NCBI GenBank assembly: GCA_038065255.1
Contig: JBBTRI010000001.1
Span: 42,911-106,910 of the forward strand
Source: Patescibacteria group bacterium
GTDB taxonomy: Bacteria > Patescibacteriota > Patescibacteriia > JACQRZ01
Direction of reading: 5' to 3'
DNA length: 64,000 nucleotides
The translations under genes were made by a program, and so were the position numbers. Under the pieces are notes generated by a model. It ran no database searches, was not told where the DNA came from, and saw only the letters and a program-made list of their open reading frames with translations. Positions 61,298 to 64,000 of this stretch are shown piece after piece (the first letter of the stretch is position 1; every line of letters begins with the position of its first letter).

Positions 61298-61984
61298 TTA
61301 TGAAATACTTTTATGATACAGCGGCAGAATTTTGAATACAATAATACCTGCAAGAAGCACGGCAAAGCCGCACATGATGGATGGAACGGCTATACGACTT
61401 GAAAAGGTAATAATATAAACTATAAGTGCCGGGATGGTGAACGAAAGATATCCAAGCAATAACCAAAGATTGATCTCGCGATCACCTACTTTTTTAATAA
61501 GTGCACGAGTGAGCTGAAAAATTCCAAGAAGAATAAAAAATGTGTAGTATGATCCAAGTGCAATGCGTAACGGATCGTTCAGCTGAAAAACGACAAATCG
61601 TCCGGTGCAGTAGGTTGCTGTGAACGCTCCGGGAACGATTGCAATGCTAGTCGCTATGATGATCGCGATAGGATATGCGATGCGTATCCAGTATGTTGGA
61701 TGTGTCGTGTACGAAATAAGATGTATTCCAATTGCCGGCAAAAGGGTTATTGCGGCATAGGCAATTTTATTCCATACCACCGAGTTGCCGCTGGAGCAAA
61801 TAGTGTATTCTGCAAACTGAAAAACTGATAACAAGATAAGCGCAATTGCTGCAATCCTTCCAAAAGGAGTCTTTGAATATTTGATGCATGCTACAACAGC
61901 AAAGAATAATTCAAGTGCGCCAGTGAAAAACGTGACAAAGGGATTGAAACAGAATAATTTCTGCTGCGATGCTTTTGTTTTCAT
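61298..61984 (-). CDS. Hypothetical polytopic membrane protein
   Basis: About 7 hydrophobic segments; FQFAEY..C and SIMCGFA. Confidence 0.7.
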   Translation of the reverse strand: MKTKASQQKLFCFNPFVTFFTGALELFFAVVACIKYSKTPFGRIAAIALILLSVFQFAEYTICSSGNSVVWNKIAYAAITLLPAIGIHLISYTTHPTYWIRIAYPIAIIIATSIAIVPGAFTATYCTGRFVVFQLNDPLRIALGSYYTFFILLGIFQLTRALIKKVGDREINLWLLLGYLSFTIPALIVYIITFSSRIAVPSIMCGFAVLLAGIIVFKILPLYHKSIS

Positions 61985-62046
61985 ATTTTCTACAATATAG
62001 TATACATAAAAGTATGGTCGGTGTATACTGGTGATGACACTTGATT

Positions 62047-62562
62047 ATGCGCATATTCGGCACAATTATATCAAACAAGGAGTTAGTACTCTTGATTGGT
62101 GTTCTCTGTGTTGCTGCCGGTGTGATTATTGGCGTTGCAGCAACAATACAGCGCTCAGAGCGGGATAAACTGCGCCTTACGGATGGGCAAGCTATCATGA
62201 ACGCTCTCGAAATATACAGGACGCTCTATGGCGTACTGCCGGATACAACAGAAAATGATTGCGAAGGTTGGGATGCAGGATCGTCGGTACGAGGTGAGGA
62301 CAATACATTTATTCAACAGCTTGCAGATAAAAATGTACTTAATGCTCCCAGGGAGGTTTTTGGCATTAGCAAATGCGCCTACCGCTATCAAAAATTTACC
62401 AATAATGGCTGCGGTTCAGATGTAAGCTATGCTCTGGTGGGGCTTAAACTTGAAAATACAAAAAAAGCATATCATGTAAATGATGTCATTGAGCCATGCT
62501 ATCCAGATATTTACCGTTGGACAAGCGATCCTCATTGGATAGCATTTATGATTAGAGAATAA
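62047..62562 (+). CDS. Pilin/pseudopilin-like protein
   Basis: Hydrophobic N-terminal helix then RD..R..D...I.NALEIY...YG.LP. Confidence 0.6.
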   Translation: MRIFGTIISNKELVLLIGVLCVAAGVIIGVAATIQRSERDKLRLTDGQAIMNALEIYRTLYGVLPDTTENDCEGWDAGSSVRGEDNTFIQQLADKNVLNAPREVFGISKCAYRYQKFTNNGCGSDVSYALVGLKLENTKKAYHVNDVIEPCYPDIYRWTSDPHWIAFMIRE

Positions 62563-62577
62563 TACAAGAATCCCAGT

Positions 62578-63468
62578 ATGAAATTCCTATTTGCACATCG
62601 GACATTGGCGATATTGGTCGGTCTTTTATGTATAAGTATTGCTCTTTGGTTTGTATTTAAACCTTTGAGCACACTTGCACTTTTTGATGATATCTGGACA
62701 CTATCTCACCAGACGTCGGCTTTTGGGGAGCATTGCACTGTTCAAGTTCGTGGCATACAAGATCGATCCATTCCACCAACTCAAAATTCGCGGGATGTAA
62801 TCGGAGTGTTAAAAGAGTTATCACTTGACGTAGTATCTCATATCCAAAGAGATGGAAATAAATCCTATCGCCTTATTCAAAGCTCTTCGCCTCTTGGCGC
62901 AACAGACGATAATGGTGCTGTAGCGCTTATTAAGTTGGAAATGATTTTTGATGGCACCAACGAATACGTCCGGTATGATACCACGGGGCCGTGGATTGCA
63001 TTTCCCAAAAAAGCATTAGCGGATATGAGTAATTTCATTCAGAAGATGTTCGAGGACCAATTTTATTTTTCATTGGACGATATAACAAAAGAAACCGTTA
63101 GCTTGAAGGAAGTGAAGAAAAGTATAGATAACAAAGAAGTGCTTGTTTTTCGTGGGCAACAAACTGAACATTCTCTTGATATGGCAAAACAGCTTTTTCA
63201 GTATCCCATTGGTATCTATACTGTGCGCGAACACCACGGAGATGTGATTGTAGACAGATCAGAAAAAACAGTTCTCAAAACAATGCTCTATACGCTTTTT
63301 GAATACAGTGATGTAGGAGATACTTCGCTAGCTATTGATATTCCTGTGTATCAGGAATGTGAACCGGTGAGCGAAAAGGATTTGGATGTGTTTGCTCCGT
63401 CTGATGTTCTGTGGGCGAGCAAGGAAGAGGTTCAGCAGTATTTGTTATTCAAAATACTGCCAAAATAA
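62578..63468 (+). CDS. Hypothetical membrane-anchored protein
   Basis: N-terminal TM; no family recognised. Confidence 0.6.
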   Translation: MKFLFAHRTLAILVGLLCISIALWFVFKPLSTLALFDDIWTLSHQTSAFGEHCTVQVRGIQDRSIPPTQNSRDVIGVLKELSLDVVSHIQRDGNKSYRLIQSSSPLGATDDNGAVALIKLEMIFDGTNEYVRYDTTGPWIAFPKKALADMSNFIQKMFEDQFYFSLDDITKETVSLKEVKKSIDNKEVLVFRGQQTEHSLDMAKQLFQYPIGIYTVREHHGDVIVDRSEKTVLKTMLYTLFEYSDVGDTSLAIDIPVYQECEPVSEKDLDVFAPSDVLWASKEEVQQYLLFKILPK

Positions 63469-63478
63469 TTCAGTGAGG

Positions 63479-64000
63479 TTATGCATCTGCAATGGAAGCC
63501 ATGAGGAGGGGGATGCCTATGTGTTTGCCATGCGCGCTCTGCGAGGCATTGCGCACATATTCGTACTCTGATGCCTTCTGGGCCTGAAAACTTGAACCCA
63601 AAAATACCGTATGTCTCCCATGTTTTTGTTCTGCGTGATCAATATGCTCGTAGAGGCGTGTCATGTGTGCGGCTTTTGTGTGGCGACCAAACAAATCGAG
63701 CTGGGATTGGCCCGCCGGTGAAAGTTTTGAGAGAATAATGCCACTTGCGCGATACTCATGACGGGCGTTGAATATTTTTTTGAAACCATCTTGGCAGTAC
63801 TTCAGGAGTTCATGAGGGAATGCACTTTTGAACGGTAATTCTATTTCTGTTCCGACATGGTGAAAATCTTGTGTTCGCAGAAAGAGCGCAATACGATGAG
63901 CTTCGAGGCTGTATGTCCGTGCCCTCATGCATGCATGCTCAATGTTTTTTGACAGCTGGGAAAAGATAAAGTGTGGATCCCTGCTTGGGGGTGTGAATGT
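63479..64000 (-). CDS. Y-family DNA polymerase (UmuC-like), C-terminal part; runs off the window
   Basis: Frame open to nt 64000: TFTPPS..QLSKNIEHAC.RAR, YRASGIIL, QLDLF (clamp-binding motif). Confidence 0.75.
   Translation of the reverse strand, partial: TFTPPSRDPHFIFSQLSKNIEHACMRARTYSLEAHRIALFLRTQDFHHVGTEIELPFKSAFPHELLKYCQDGFKKIFNARHEYRASGIILSKLSPAGQSQLDLFGRHTKAAHMTRLYEHIDHAEQKHGRHTVFLGSSFQAQKASEYEYVRNASQSAHGKHIGIPLLMASIADA

Noticed and set aside
61212-64000. tRNA-Glu as an integration site for the downstream genes
   Set aside because: No integrase or repeated tRNA 3' end is visible within the window; this cannot be excluded beyond it.

Overview
Bacterial chromosomal window in genetic code 11. 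The gene content and style suggest a Patescibacteria/CPR (Parcubacteria-like) genome; this is an inference from SecD with inserted parvulin domains, short AlaRS, degenerate PriA, a VirD4-like ATPase module, an infA-to-rpsI operon, many glycosyltransferases and mostly Shine-Dalgarno-less starts. Housekeeping blocks are secA, secDF, tdk, mnmA, alaS, rsmI, infA-rpmJ-rpsM-rpsK-rpsD-rpoA-rplQ-rplM-rpsI, truB, fmt/def, priA, clpB (with CIRCE), mraZ-rsmH-ftsL-ftsI-murF and tRNA-Glu, plus two glycan clusters and two toxin-antitoxin pairs. Two accessory regions stand out. (1) At about 6.9-10.1 kb, two divergent GC-rich transcription units encode two putative lipoproteins and an outer-membrane beta-barrel-like protein. 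They have strong SD sites and a shared 5' leader motif, but resident-style AT-rich promoters, in a lineage thought to lack an outer membrane. (2) At about 40.1-47.3 kb, an AT-rich integron-like cassette array with no integrase in the window lies between fmt and def; one attC-like site appears to carry a whole gene inside its loop. RpoA lacks the alpha-CTD and ends in an AT-hook motif. All assignments come from motif recognition by eye; no searches were run.
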